NCBI RefSeq assembly: GCF_009914755.1
Contig: NC_060940.1
Length of the DNA stretch: 64,000 bases
Reading direction: 5' to 3' (one strand)
Source of the DNA: the human T2T-CHM13v2.0 reference genome, Homo sapiens
Under the pieces are notes generated by a model. That model made no database searches, was not told the DNA's origin, and worked only from the letters and a program-made list of their open reading frames with translations. Shown here in pieces: positions 1 to 15,000 of this stretch; positions within the stretch are counted from its first letter, which is position 1; each line of letters begins with the position of its first letter. A program made the translations under genes and the position numbers.

Positions 1-214
1 TGGATTCGATTCCATTTGATGATTTCATTTGATTCCATACGATAATGATTTCGATCAATTCCATTCGATGATTCCATTCGATTCCATTCGATAATGATTA
101 CATCCGAGTCCATTCGATGATTCCATTTGAGCCCGTTCGATAATTCCATTTGAGTCCAATCAATGATTCCATTCATTTCCATTCAATGATTCCATTCGAG
201 TCCATTTGATCATT

Positions 215-3200
215 CCGGTAGGGTCCGTTCGATGTTGATTCCATTGGAGTGCATTCGATGATTCCATTCGAGTCCATTTTAGGATTTGATTCGAGTCCTT
301 TCGATGATTCCATTCGATTCCACTCGATGATTTCATTCGAGTCCATTCGACACTTCCAATCGATTCCATTTGATGTTTCCATTCGATTCCAATTGATGAT
401 TCCATTCAATTCCATTCGATGATGATTCCGTACGATTCCATTCTGTGATGATTCCATGTGATTGCATTCAATGATGATTCCTTTCGATTGCATTCGATTA
501 TGATTCATTTCGTGTTCATTCTATGGTTCCACAGGTTTCCATTCGATGATGTTTCCATTCGTGTCCATTCCATTATTCCATTCTATTCCATTTGAAGATG
601 ATTCCATTCGATTCCATTCATTGGTGATTCCACTCAATTCCATTCAATGATTCCATTCCATTTCTTTCAACAATGATTCCATTAGTTTCTATTCGATGAT
701 CCACTTGATTCCATTTGACGATGATTCCATTCGTGTCCATTCGATGATTCCATTTGATTCCATATGATGATGATTCCATTCGATTCCATACGATGATGAT
801 TCCATTCGAGTCCATTCAATCGTGATTCCATTCAATTCCATTCGATGATTCCTTTCGATTCCATTCAATGATGATGGCATTCGATTCCTTTCGATCATTC
901 CCTTTGATTCCATTCAAAGGTGATTTCATTCAAGTCCATTCGATAATTGCATTCGATTCCATTCTATGATGATTCCATTCGAGCCCATTTGATGATTCCA
1001 TTCAATTCAAGTCAATGATGATTCCATTCGATTCCACTCGATGATTCCATTGGATTCCATTCGATGATGATTCCATTCAAATCCATTCGATAATTCAATT
1101 CAAGTCCATTCGATGATGATTCCAATCGAATCCATTCAAAGATTCCACTCAATTCCATTCGATGATGATTCCCTTACATTCCATTCGATGATTCCACTTG
1201 ATTCCATTTACGATGATTCCATTCGATTCCATGTGATGATTCCATTCAATTCTATTCAATGATGTTTCCACTTGATTCCATTCGAACATGATTGCCTTTG
1301 ATTCCATTCAATGATTCCATACGGTTCCATTTGATGATGATTCCATTCGAGTGCATTAGATGATTCCATTCGAGTCCATTCGATGATTCCATTCGATTCC
1401 ATTCGATGTTGATTCCGTTCAAATCCATTCGATGATTCCACTCGATTCCATTCGATGACTCCATTTGATCCCATTCGATGATTTCCTTTGATTCCCTTTG
1501 ATGATCATTCCATTTGATTCAATTCGGTGATTTCATTTGATTCCATTCAGTGATGTTTCCATTCAACTCCTTTCGATGATGATTCCATTCGACTCCATTC
1601 GATTATGATTTCATTCAATTCCATTCGATAATGATTCCCTTCAAGTCCATTCGATGATTCCATTCGATTCCATTCAACGATGATTTGATTCGTGTCCATT
1701 CGATGATTCCATTTGATTCCATTTGATGATGATTCCATTCGAGTCCATTTGATGATTCCATTCAATTCCATTCTCCGATGATTTCTTTTGAGCCCATTCA
1801 ATGCTTCCACTCGATTCCATATGATGATGACTCCATTTGATGAAATTCCCTGATGATTCCATTCGCTTGCATTCGATGATGATTCCACTTGAGTCCGTTA
1901 GAAGATTCTATTCAATTACATTCCATGACGATTCTGTTCGAGTCCATTTGATGATTCCATTAGACTCCATTCGACGATGATTCCATTCGATGTTATTCGA
2001 TGATGCTTCTATTCAACTCCATTCGATGTTTCCATTCGAGTTCATTCTATTATTCCATTAGATTCCATTCGATGATGATTCCATTCGATTCCATTTGATG
2101 ATTGCATTCTGTTTCATTTGATGATGATTCCATTCGAGTCCATTGGATGATTCCATTCGAGTCCATTTAATGAATCCATTGGTTTCAATTCTATGATGAT
2201 TACATTGTATTCCATTCGTTGATGATTTCATTCGATTCCATTCAATGATGATTCCATTCAATTCCATTCAATGATTCCATTCAATTCCATACGATGATGA
2301 TTCCATTTGATTTGATTCGACAGTGAGCCATTCGATTCAATTCCATGATGATTCTATTTTATTCAATTGGTTGACATTTCCATTCGATTCCATTCGATGA
2401 TGATTCCATTTGATTCCATTCAAAGATGATTCCATTCTAGCCCATTCAATCATTCCATTCGATTCTATTCAATGATGATTCCATTCATGTCGTTTTGGTG
2501 ATTCCATTTGACTTCATTTGATGATGATTCCTTTCAAGTTCATTAGATGATTCCATTCGATTCCATTTGATGATGATCCCATTCGAGTCCATTCAGTGAT
2601 TCCACTCGTTTCCATTCCATGATGATTCCATTCCATTCCATTCAATGATTCCATTCGATTCCGTTTGATGATGATTTCATTCGAGTCCATTTGATGATTC
2701 CATTTGATTCCATTCGATGATGATTACATTCGAGTCCATACGATGATTCCACTCAATTCCATATGATGATGATTCCATTCGATTCCATTCGATGATTCCA
2801 TTCTATTCTATTCAATGGTGATTCCATTCGAGTACATTAGATGATTCCATTCGATTCCATTCAATGATGATTCTATTTGTGTCCCTTAGATGGTTCCACA
2901 TGATTCCATTTCATGATGATACTATTTGAGCCCATCCAATGATTCCCTTCGATTCCATTCGATGAGGATTCCATTCGATTCAATTCATTGGTGATTCTAT
3001 TCAATTCAATTCTTTGATTCCATTCCATTCCATTCGACAATGATTCCATTCGATTTCTTTCGATGATTCCACTCGATTCCACTTGACATTGATTCCATTC
3101 GATTCCATTCAATGATTCCGTTTGATTCCAGTGGATGATGATTGCCATCGATTCCATTCGATCACTCCATTCTATTCCATTTGATGATGATTACATTCGA

Positions 3201-6046
3201 TTCCATTTGATGATTCCATCTGATTCTATTCGAGGATTCCATTTGATTCCATTCGATGATGATTCCATTCGAGTCCATTCGATGATTTCATTCGAGTACA
3301 TCCAATGATTCCATTCGAGTCCATTTGATGATTCCATTTGATTCCATTTGATTATGATTCTACTAGAGTCCATTCAATGACTCCATTCGAATCCATTCAA
3401 CAATACCATTCGAGGCCATTCGATGATTCCATTTCATGATTCCATTCGAGTCCATTTAATCATTACAGTCAAGTCCATTTGGTGATTCCACTGGATTTCT
3501 TTTGATAATGATACCATTCAATTACATTTGGTGATGATCCCATTCAATTTCATTTGATGGTGATTCATTAGAGTCCATTCGATGATTTCATTCGAGTCCC
3601 TTCATTGATTCCATCCGATTTCATTGGATGATGACTCCATTCGAGTCCATTCGATGATTCCACTCGATTCCATTAGATGATTCCATTGGAGTCCATTTGA
3701 TTGTTCCATTCGATTCTATTCGATTCCTTTCGAAGATTATTCCATTTGAGTCCATTCGATGATGATTCCATTCCATTCCATTCAATGATTCCATTCGAAT
3801 CTATTCCATGATGATTCCATTCGAATCTATTCCATGATGATTCCTTTCGATTCCATTCGCTGATGTTTCCGTTCAATTCCATTCGATGATGATTCCATTC
3901 GATTCCATTCATTGAGGATTCCATTTGATTCCATTCAATGATGATTCCATTCTATTCCATTCAATGATTGCATTCAATTCCATTCAATGATTATCCCATT
4001 AGAGTAAACTCAACGATTCCATTCAATACGATTCGATGATGATTCCTTTTGGGTCCATTCAATGATTTCATTCAAGTCCATTTGATGATTCCTTTCAATT
4101 CCATTCTATGATGATTCCATTCGAGTCCATTCGATGATTCCATTCGATTGCATTCGATGATTCCATTATATTCCATTCAACGATGATTCCATTCGAGTCC
4201 ATTCGATGATTCCATTAGAGTACATTTAATGATTGCTTTGTTTTCAATTCGAAGATGATTACATTGGATTCCATTCTATGATACCATTCGATTCCATTCA
4301 ATGATGATTCCACTCAAATCCATTGGATGATTCCATTCGTGTCCATTCGGTGATTTCATTAGATTCGATTCGAGGATGATTCCATTCGATTCCATTCGAT
4401 GATGATTCCATTCGAGTCCATATGATGATTCCATTTGATTTCATTTGATGATGATTCCATTCGATTCCATTCGATGATTCCATTCAATTCCATTCGATGA
4501 TGATTCCATTCGAGTCCATATGATCATTCCATTTGATTTCATTCGATGATGATTCCATTCGATTCCATTCGACGATTCCATTCTATTCCATTCGATGATG
4601 ATTCCATTCGAGTCCATTCGATGATTGCATTCGAGTCCATTTAATGATTCCATTGGGTTCAATTCAATGATGATTACATTGGATTCCGTTCTATGATTCC
4701 ATTCAATTCCGTTCATTGACAATTTGATTCCATTCGATGATGATTCCATTTGAGTTCATTCGATGATTCTATTCGATTCTCTTCGATGGTGATTCAATTC
4801 TATTATATTGGATGATTCCATTCGATTCCATTTGATGTTGATTCAATTCGATTCTATTCGATGATGATTCCATTGGATTTCACTTGATGATTCTATTCGA
4901 TTCCATTCAATGATGATTCACTTCTCGTCCATTGGATGATTCCATTTCATTCCATTCGATGATGATTCCATTCGATTCCATTCGATGATTCCATTTGATT
5001 CCATGCGACAGTGAGCAATTCGATTCAATTCCATGATGATTCTATTTGATTCAATTAGATGATGTTTCCATTCGAATCCATTCCATGATTATTCCATTGG
5101 AATCCATTCGGCGATGATTCCATATGAGTCAATTCAATGATGATTCCATATGGGTCCGTTTGATGATAATTCCATTTGATTTCATTCGATGCTTCTATTC
5201 TATTCCAGTCGATGATGATTCCGTTGAAGTCCATACGATGATTCCATTTGATTTCATTTGATGATGATTCCATTCGATGATGATTACATTGGATTCCATT
5301 CTATGATTCCATTCAATTCCATTCGTTGATGATTCGATTCCATTCAATGATGATTCCATTTGAGTTCATTCGGTGATTCTATTCGATTCCATTCTATGGT
5401 GATTCAATTCTCTTATATTGGATGATTCGACTCGATTCCATTTGATGATTATTCCATTGGAGTCCACTTAGTGAATCCTTTAGATTCTACTCGAAGATGA
5501 TTCCATTCGAGTCCATTCGATGATACCATTCAATTCCATTCGTTGATGCTTCCATTCAAGTGCATTCGATGATATCATTCGATTCCATTTGATGATAATT
5601 CCATTTGATTCCATGCGATGATTCTATTCGATTCCATTCAATGATAATTCCATTCAATTCAGTGATTCCTCTGGACTACATTTGATGATGATTCCATTCA
5701 ATGATTCCATTCGATTCCATTCGAAAATGATTACATTTGAATCCATTTGATGACGATTCCATTCCATTCCATTTGATGATTCCATACTATTCTATTCGAT
5801 GATGATTCCATTCGATTCCATTCGATGATGATTGGATTCGATTCCATTTGATGATTTCATTTGATTCCATTCGTTAATGATTTCGATCAATTCCATTCGA
5901 TGATTCCATTCGATTCCATTCGATAATGATTACATCCGAGTCCATTCGATGATTCCATTGGAGCCTGTTCGATAATTCCATTTGAGTCCAACCAATGATT
6001 CCATTCATTTCCATTCAATGATTCCATTCGAGTCCATTTGATCATT
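215..6046 (+). repeat. Higher-order unit 1 (5832 bp), diverged and deletion-bearing
   Basis: Landmark-to-landmark distance 215->6047. Relative to unit 2 it lacks 72 bp (~1340), 170 bp (~2720) and 49 bp (~5770), and has +16 bp (~545) and +75 bp (~4400). Confidence 0.85.
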
Positions 6047-9000
6047 CCGGTAGGGTCCATTCGATGTTGATTCCATTGGAGTGCATTCGATGATTCCATT
6101 CGAGTCCATTTTAGGATTTGATTCGAGTCCTTTCGATGATTCCATTCGATTCCACTCGATGATGATTTCATTCGAGTCCATTCGACACTTCCAATCGATT
6201 CCATTTGATGATTCCATTCGAGTCCAATTGATGATTCCATTCAATTCCATTCGATGATGATTCCGTACGATTCCATTCTGTGATGATTCCATGTGATTGC
6301 ATTCAATGATGATTCCTTTCGATTGCATTCGATTATGATTCATTTCGTGTTCATTCTATGGTTCCACAGGTTTCCATTCGTGTCCATTCCATTATTCCAT
6401 TCTATTCCATTTGATGATGATTCCATTCGATTCCATTCATTGGTGATTCCACTCAATTCCATTCAATGATTCCATTCCATTTCTTTCAACAATGATTCCA
6501 TTAGTTTCTAATCGATGATCCACTTGATTCCATTTGACGACGATTCCATTCTTGTCCATTCGATGATTCCATTTGATTCCATATGATGATGATTCCATTC
6601 GATTCCATACCATGATGATTCCATTCGAGTCCATTCAATGGTGATTCCATTCAATTCCATTCGATGATTCCTTTCGATTCCATTCGATGATGATGGCATT
6701 CGATTCCTTTCAATCATTCCCTTTGATTCCATTCAAAGGTGATTTCATTCAAGTCCATTCGATAATTGCATTCGATTCCATTCTATGATGATTCCATTCG
6801 AGTCCATTTGATGATTCCATTCAATTCAAGTCAATGATGATTCCATTCGATTCCACTCGATGATTCCATTGGATTCCATTCGATGATGATTCCATTCAAA
6901 TCCATTCGATAATTCAATTCAAGTCCATTCGATGATGATTCCAATCGAATCCATTCAAAGATTCCATTCAGTTCCATTCGATGATTCCCTTGGATTCCAT
7001 TCGATGATTCCACTTGATTGCATTTACGATGATTCCATTCGATTCCATGTGATGATTCCATTCAATTCTATTCAATGATGTCTCCATTTGATTCCATTCG
7101 ACCATGATTGCCTTTGATTCCATTCAATGATTCCATTCGGTTCCGTTTGATGATGATTCCGTTCGATTCCATTTGATGATTCCATTTGATTCCATTGGAT
7201 GAGTCCATTCGATTACATTCGATGATTATTCCATTCGAGTGCATTAGATGATTCCATTCGAGTCCATTCGATGATTCCATTCGATTCCATTCGATGTTGA
7301 TTCTGTTCAAATCCATTCGATGATTCCACTCGATTCCATTCGTTGACTCCATTTGATCCCATTCGATGATTTCCTTTGATTCCCTTTGATGATCATTCCA
7401 TTTGATTCAATTCGGTGATTTCATTTGATTCCATTCAGTGATGTTTCCATTCGACTCCATTCGATGATGATTCCATTCGACTCCATTCGATTATGATTTC
7501 ATTCAATTCCATTCGATAATGATTCCCTTCGAGTCCATTCGATGATTCCATTCGATTCCATTCAACGATGATTTGATTCGTGTCCATTCGATGATTCCAT
7601 TTGATTCCACTTGATGATGATTCCATTCGAGTCCATTTGATGATTCCATTCAATTCCATACTCCGATGATTTCTTTTGAGCCCACTCAATGCTTCCACTC
7701 GATTCCATATGATGATGACTCCATTCGATGAAATTCGATGATGATTCCATTCGCTTGCTTTCGATGATGATTCCACTTGAGTCCGTTAGAAGATTCTATT
7801 CAATTACATTCCAGGACGATTCCGTTCGAGTCCATTTGATGATTCCATTAGACTCCATTCGACGATGATTCCATTCGATGTTATTCCATGATTCCATTCG
7901 ATCTCATTCGATGATGATTCCATTCAACTCCATTCGATGTTTCCATTCGAGTTCATTCTATTATTCCATTAGATTCCATTCGATGATGATTCCATTCGAT
8001 TCCATTTGATGATTGCATTCTATTTCATTTGATGATGATTCCATTCGAGTCCACTCGATGATTCCATTCGAGTCCATTTAATGAATCCATTGGTTTCAAT
8101 TCTATGATGATTACATTGGATTCCATTCGTTGATGATTTCATTCGGTTCCATTCAATGATGATTCCATTCAATTCCTTTCAATGTTTCCATTCAATTCCA
8201 TACGATGATGATTCCATTTGATTTGATTCGACAGTGAGCCATTCGATTCAATTCCATGATGATTCTATTTATTCAATTGGTTGACATTTCCATTCGATTC
8301 CATTCGATGATGATTCCCTTTGATTCCATTCAAAGATGATTCCATTCTAGCCCATTCAATCATTCCATTCGATTCTATTCAATGATGATTCCATTCATGT
8401 CGATTTGGTGATTCCATTTGACTTCATTTGATGATGATTCCTTTCAAGTTCATTAGATGATTCCATTCGATTCCATTTGATGATGATCCCATTCGAGTCC
8501 ATTCAGTGATTCCATTCGTTTCCATTCCATGATGATTCCATTCCTTTCCATTCAATGATTCCATTCGATTCCGTTTGATGATGATTTCATTCGAGTCCAT
8601 TTGATGATTCCATTTGATTCCATTCGATGATGATTCCATTCGAGTCCATTCGATGATTCTATTCGAATCCATTTGATGATTTCTTTTGATTATATTTGGT
8701 GATGATTCCATTGGAGTCCATTCAATGATTCCATTCTATTCCAATCGATGATGATTCCATTAGAGTCCATTTAATGATTCCATTTGATTCCAGTCTCTGA
8801 TGATTACATTCGAGTCCATACGATGATTCCACTCAATTCCATATGATGATTCCATTTGATTCCATTCGGTGATTCCATTCTATTCTATTCAATGGTGATT
8901 CCATTCGAGTACATTAGATGATTCCATTCGATTCCATTCAATGATGATTCTATTTGTGTCCCTTAGATGATTCCACATGATTCCATTAGATGATGATACT

Positions 9001-12000
9001 ATTTGAGCCCATCCAATGATTCCCTTCGATTCCATTCGATGAGGATTCCATTCGATTCAATTCATTGGTGATTCTATTCAATTCAATTCTTTGATTCCAT
9101 TCCATTCCATTCGACAATGATTCCATTCGATTTCTTTCGATGATTCCACTCGATTCCACTTGACATTGATTCCATTCGATTCCATTCAATGATTCCATTT
9201 GATTCCAGTGGATGATGATTGCCATCGATTCCATTCGATCACTCCATTCTATTCCATTTGATGATGATTACATTCGATTCCATTTGATGATTCCATCTGA
9301 TTCTATTCGAGGATTCCATTTGATTCCATTCGATGATGATTCCATTCGAGTCCATTCGATGATTTCATTCGAGTACATCCAATGATTCCATTCGAGTCCA
9401 TTAGATGATTCCATTTGATTCCATTTGAAAATGATTCTACTAGAGTCCATTCAATGACTCCATTCGAGTCCATTCAACAATTCCATTCGACTCCATTCGA
9501 TGATTCCATTCGATTCCATTTGATGGTTCCATTCGAGTCCATTTAATCATTACAGTCGAGTCCATTTGGTGATTCCACTGGATTTCTTTTGATAATGATA
9601 CCATTCAATTACATTTGATGATGATCCCATTCAATTTCATTTGATGATGATTCCATTAGAGTCCATTCGATGATTTCATTCGAGTCCCTTCATTGATTCC
9701 ATCCGATTTCATTGGATGATGACTCCATTCGAGTCCATTCGATGATTCCACTCGATTCCATTAGATGACTCCATTGGAGTCCATTTGATTGTTCCATTCG
9801 ATTCCATTCGATTCCTTTCGAAGATTATTCCATTTGAGTCCATTCGATGATGATTCCATTCCATTCCATTCGATGATTCCGTTTGATTCCATTCGATGAT
9901 TCCCTTCGATTCCTTTCTTTGATGATTCCATTCCATTCCATTCAATGATTCCATTCGAATCTATTCCATGATGATTCCTTTCGATTCCATTCGCTGATGT
10001 TTCCGTTCAATTCCATTCGATGATGATTCCATTCGATTCCATTCATTGAGGATTCCATTTGATTCCATTCAATGATGATTCCATTCTATTCCATTCAATG
10101 ATTGCATTCAATTCCATTCAATGATTATCCCATTAGAGTAAACTCAACGATTCCATTCAATACCATTCGATGATGATTCCTTTTGAGTCCATTCAATGAT
10201 TTCATTCAAGTCCATTTGATGATTCCTTTCAATTCCATTCTATGATGATTCCATTCGAGTCCATTCGATGATTCCATTCGATTGCATTCGATGATTCCAT
10301 TATATTCCATTCAACGGTGATTCCATTCGAGTCCATTCCATGATTCCATTAGAGTACATTTAATGATTGCTTTGTTTTCAATTCGAAGATGATTACATTG
10401 GATTCCATTCTATGATACCATTCGATTCCATTCAATGATGATTCCACTCAAATCCATTGGATGATTCCATTCGTGTCCATTCGGTGATTTCATTAGATTC
10501 CATTCGAGGATGATTCCATTCGATTCCATTCGATGATTCCATTCAATTCCATTCGATGATGATTCCATTCCAGTCCATATGATCATTCCATTTGATTTCA
10601 TTCGATGATGATTCCATTCGATTCCTTTCGACGATTCCATTCTATTCCATTCGATGATGATTCCATTCGAGTCCATTCGATGATTCCATTCGAGTCCATT
10701 TAATGATTCCATTGGGTTCAATTCAATTATGATTACATTGGATTCCGTTCTATGATTCCATTCAATTCCGTTCATTGACAATTTGATTCCATTCGATGAT
10801 GATTCCATTTGAGTTCATTCGATGATTCTATTCGATTCTCTTCGATGGTGATTCAATTCTATTATATTGGATGATTCCATTCGATTCCATTTGATGTTGA
10901 TTCAATTCGATTCTATTCGATGATGATTCCATTGGATTTCACTTGATGATTCTATTCGATTCCATTCAATGATGATTCACTTCTCGTCCATTGGATCATT
11001 CCATTTCATTCCATTCGATGATGATTCCATTCGATTCCATTCGATGATTCCATTTGATTCCATGCGACGGTGAGCAATTCGATTCAATTCCATGATGATT
11101 CTATTTGATTCAATTAGATGATGTTTCCATTCGAATCCATTCCATGATTATTCCATTGGAATCCATTCGGCGATGATTCCATATGAGTCAATTCAATGAT
11201 GATTCCATATGGGTCCGTTCGATGATAATTCCATTTGATTTCATTCGATGCTTCTATTCTATTCCAGTCGATGATGATTCCGTTGGAGTCCATACGATGA
11301 TTCCATTTGATTTCATTTGATGATGATTCCATTCGATGATGATTACATTGGATTCCATTCTATGATTCCATTCAATTCCATTCGTTGATGATTCGATTCC
11401 ATTCAATGATGATTCCATTTGAGTTCATTCGATGATTCTATTCGATTCCGTTCGATGGTGATTCAATTCTATTATATTGGATGATTCCACTCGATTCCAT
11501 TTGATGATTATTCCATTGGAGTCCACTTAGTGAATCCTTTAGATTCTACTCGACGATGATTCCATTCGAGTCCATTCGATGATACCATTCAATTCCATTC
11601 GTTGATGCTTCCATTCAAGTGCATTCGATGATATCATTCGATTCCATTTGATGATAATTCCATTTGATTCCATGCGATGATTCTATTCGATTCCATTCAA
11701 TGATAATTCCATTCAATTCAGTGATTCCTCTGGACTCCATTTGATGATGATTCCATTCAATGATTCCATTCGATTCTATTCGAAAATGATTCCATTTGAA
11801 TCCATTTGATGATGATTCCATTCGATTCCATTTGATGATTCCATTCGATTCCATTCGACGATGATTCCATTCGATTCCGTTTGATGATTCCATTCTATTC
11901 TATTCGATGATGATTCCATTCGATTCCATTCGATGATGATTGGATTCGATTCCATTTGATGATTTCATTTGATTCCATTCGTTAATGATTTCGATCAATT

Positions 12001-15000
12001 CCATTCGATGATTCCATTCGATTCCATTCGATAATGATTACATCCGAGTCCATTCAATGATTCCATTGGAGCCTGTTCGATAATTCCATTTGAGTCCAAC
12101 CAATGATTCCATTCATTTCCATTCAATGATTCCATTCGAGTCCATTTGATCATTCCGGTAGGGTCCATTCGATGTTGATTCCATTGGAGTGCATTCGATG
12201 ATTCCATTCGAGTCCATTTTAGGATTTGATTCGAGTCCTTTCGATGATTCCATTCGATTCCACTCGATGATGATTTCATTCGAGTCCATTCGACACTTCC
12301 AATCGATTCCATTTGATGATTCCATTCGAGTCCAATTGATGATTCCATTCAATTCCATTCGATGATGATTCCGTACGATTCCATTCTGTGATGATTCCAT
12401 GTGATTGCATTCAATGATGATTCCTTTCGATTGCATTCGATTATGATTCATTTCGTGTTCATTCTATGGTTCCACAGGTTTCCATTCGTGTCCATTCCAT
12501 TATTCCATTCTATTCCATTTGATGATGATTCCATTCGATTCCATTCATTGGTGATTCCACTCAATTCCATTCAATGATTCCATTCCATTTCTTTCAACAA
12601 TGATTCCATTAGTTTCTAATCGATGATCCACTTGATTCCATTTGACGACGATTCCATTCTTGTCCATTCGATGATTCCATTTGATTCCATATGATGATGA
12701 TTCCATTCGATTCCATACCATGATGATTCCATTCGAGTCCATTCAATGGTGATTCCATTCAATTCCATTCGATGATTCCTTTTGATTCCATTCGATGATG
12801 ATGGCATTCGATTCCTTTCAATCATTCCCTTTGATTCCATTCAAAGGTGATTTCATTCAAGTCCATTTGATAATTGCATTCGATTCCATTCTATGATGAT
12901 TCCATTCGAGTCCATTTGATGATTCCATTCAATTCAAGTCAATGATGATTCCATTCGATTCCATTCGATGATTCCATGGGATTCCATTCGATGATGATTC
13001 CATTCAAATCCATTCGATAATTCAATTCAAGTCCATTCGATGATGATTCCAATCGAATCCATTCAAAGATTCCATTCAGTTCCATTCGATGATTCCCTTA
13101 GATTCCGTTCGATGATACCACTTGATTCCGTTTACGATGATTCCATTCGATTCCATGTGATGATTCCATTCAATTCTATTCAATGATGTCTCCATTTGAT
13201 TCCATTCGACCATGATTGCCTTTGATTCCATTCAATGATTCCATTCGGTTCCGTTTGATGATGATTCCGTTCGATTCCATTTGATGATTCCATTTGATTC
13301 CATGGGATGAGTCCATTCGATTACATTCGATGATTATTCCATTCGAGTGCATTAGATGATTCCATTCGAGTCCATTCGATGATTCCATTCGATTCCATTC
13401 GATGTTGATTCTGTTCAAATCCATTCGATGATTCCACTCGATTCCATTCGTTGACTCCATTTGATCCCATTCGATGATTTCCTTTGATTCCCTTTGATGA
13501 TCATTCCATTTGATTCAATTCGGTGATTTCATTTGATTCCATTCAGTGATGTTTCCATTCGACTCCATTCGATGATGATTCCATTCGACTCCATTCGATT
13601 ATGATTTCATTCAATTCCATTCGATAATGATTCCCTTCGAGTCCATTCGATGATTCCATTCGATTCCATTCAACGATGATTTGATTCGTGTCCATTCGAT
13701 GATTCCATTTGATTCCACTTGATGATGATTCCATTCGAGTCCATTTGATGATTCCATTCAATTCCATACTCCGATGATTTCTTTTGAGCCCACTCAATGC
13801 TTCCACTCGATTCCATATGATGATGACTCCATTCGATGAAATTCGATGATGATTCCATTCGCTTGCTTTCGATGATGATTCCACTTGAGTCCGTTAGAAG
13901 ATTCTATTCAATTACATTCCATGACGATTCCGTTCGAGTCCATTTGATGATTCCATTAGACTCCATTCGACGATGATTCCATTCGATGTTATTCGATGAT
14001 TCCATTCGATCTCATTCGATGATGATTCCATTCAACTCCATTCGATGTTTCCATTCGAGTTCATTCTATTATTCCATTAGATTCCATTCGATGATGATTC
14101 CATTCGATTCCATTTGATGATTGCATTCTATTTCATTTGATGATGATTCCATTCGAGTCCACTCGATGATTCCATTCGAGTCCATTTAATGAATCCATTG
14201 GTTTCAATTCTATGATGATTACATTGGATTCCATTCGTTGATGATTTCATTCGGCTCCATTCAATGATGATTCCATTCAATTCCTTTCAATGTTTCCATT
14301 CAATTCCATACGATGATGATTCCATTTGATTTGATTCGACAGTGAGCCATTCGATTCAATTCCATGATGATTCTATTTTATTCAATTGGTTGACATTTCC
14401 ATTCGATTCCATTCGATGATGATTCCCTTTGATTCCGTTCAAAGATGATTCCATTCTAGCCCATTCAATCATTCCATTCGATTCTATTGAATGATGGTTC
14501 CATTCATGTCGATTTGGTGATTCCATTTGACTTCATTTGATGATGATTCCTTTCAAGTTCATTAGATGATTCCATTCGATTCCATTTGATGATGATCCCA
14601 TTCGAGTCCATTCAGTGATTCCATTCGTTTCCATTCCATGATGATTCCATTCCTTTCCATTCAATGATTCCATTCGATTCCGTTTGATGATGATTTCATT
14701 CGAGTCCATTTGATGATTCCATTTGATTCCATTCGATGATGATTCCATTCGAGTCCATTCGATGATTCTATTCGAATCCATTTGATGATTTCTTTTGATT
14801 ATATTTGGTGATGATTCCATTGGAGTCCATTCAATGATTCCATTCTATTCCAATCGATGATGATTCCATTAGAGTCCATTTAATGATTCCATTTGATTCC
14901 AGTCTCTGATGATTACATTCGAGTCCATACGATGATTCCACTCAATTCCATATGATGATTCCATTTGATTCCATTCGGTGATTCCATTCTATTCTATTCA

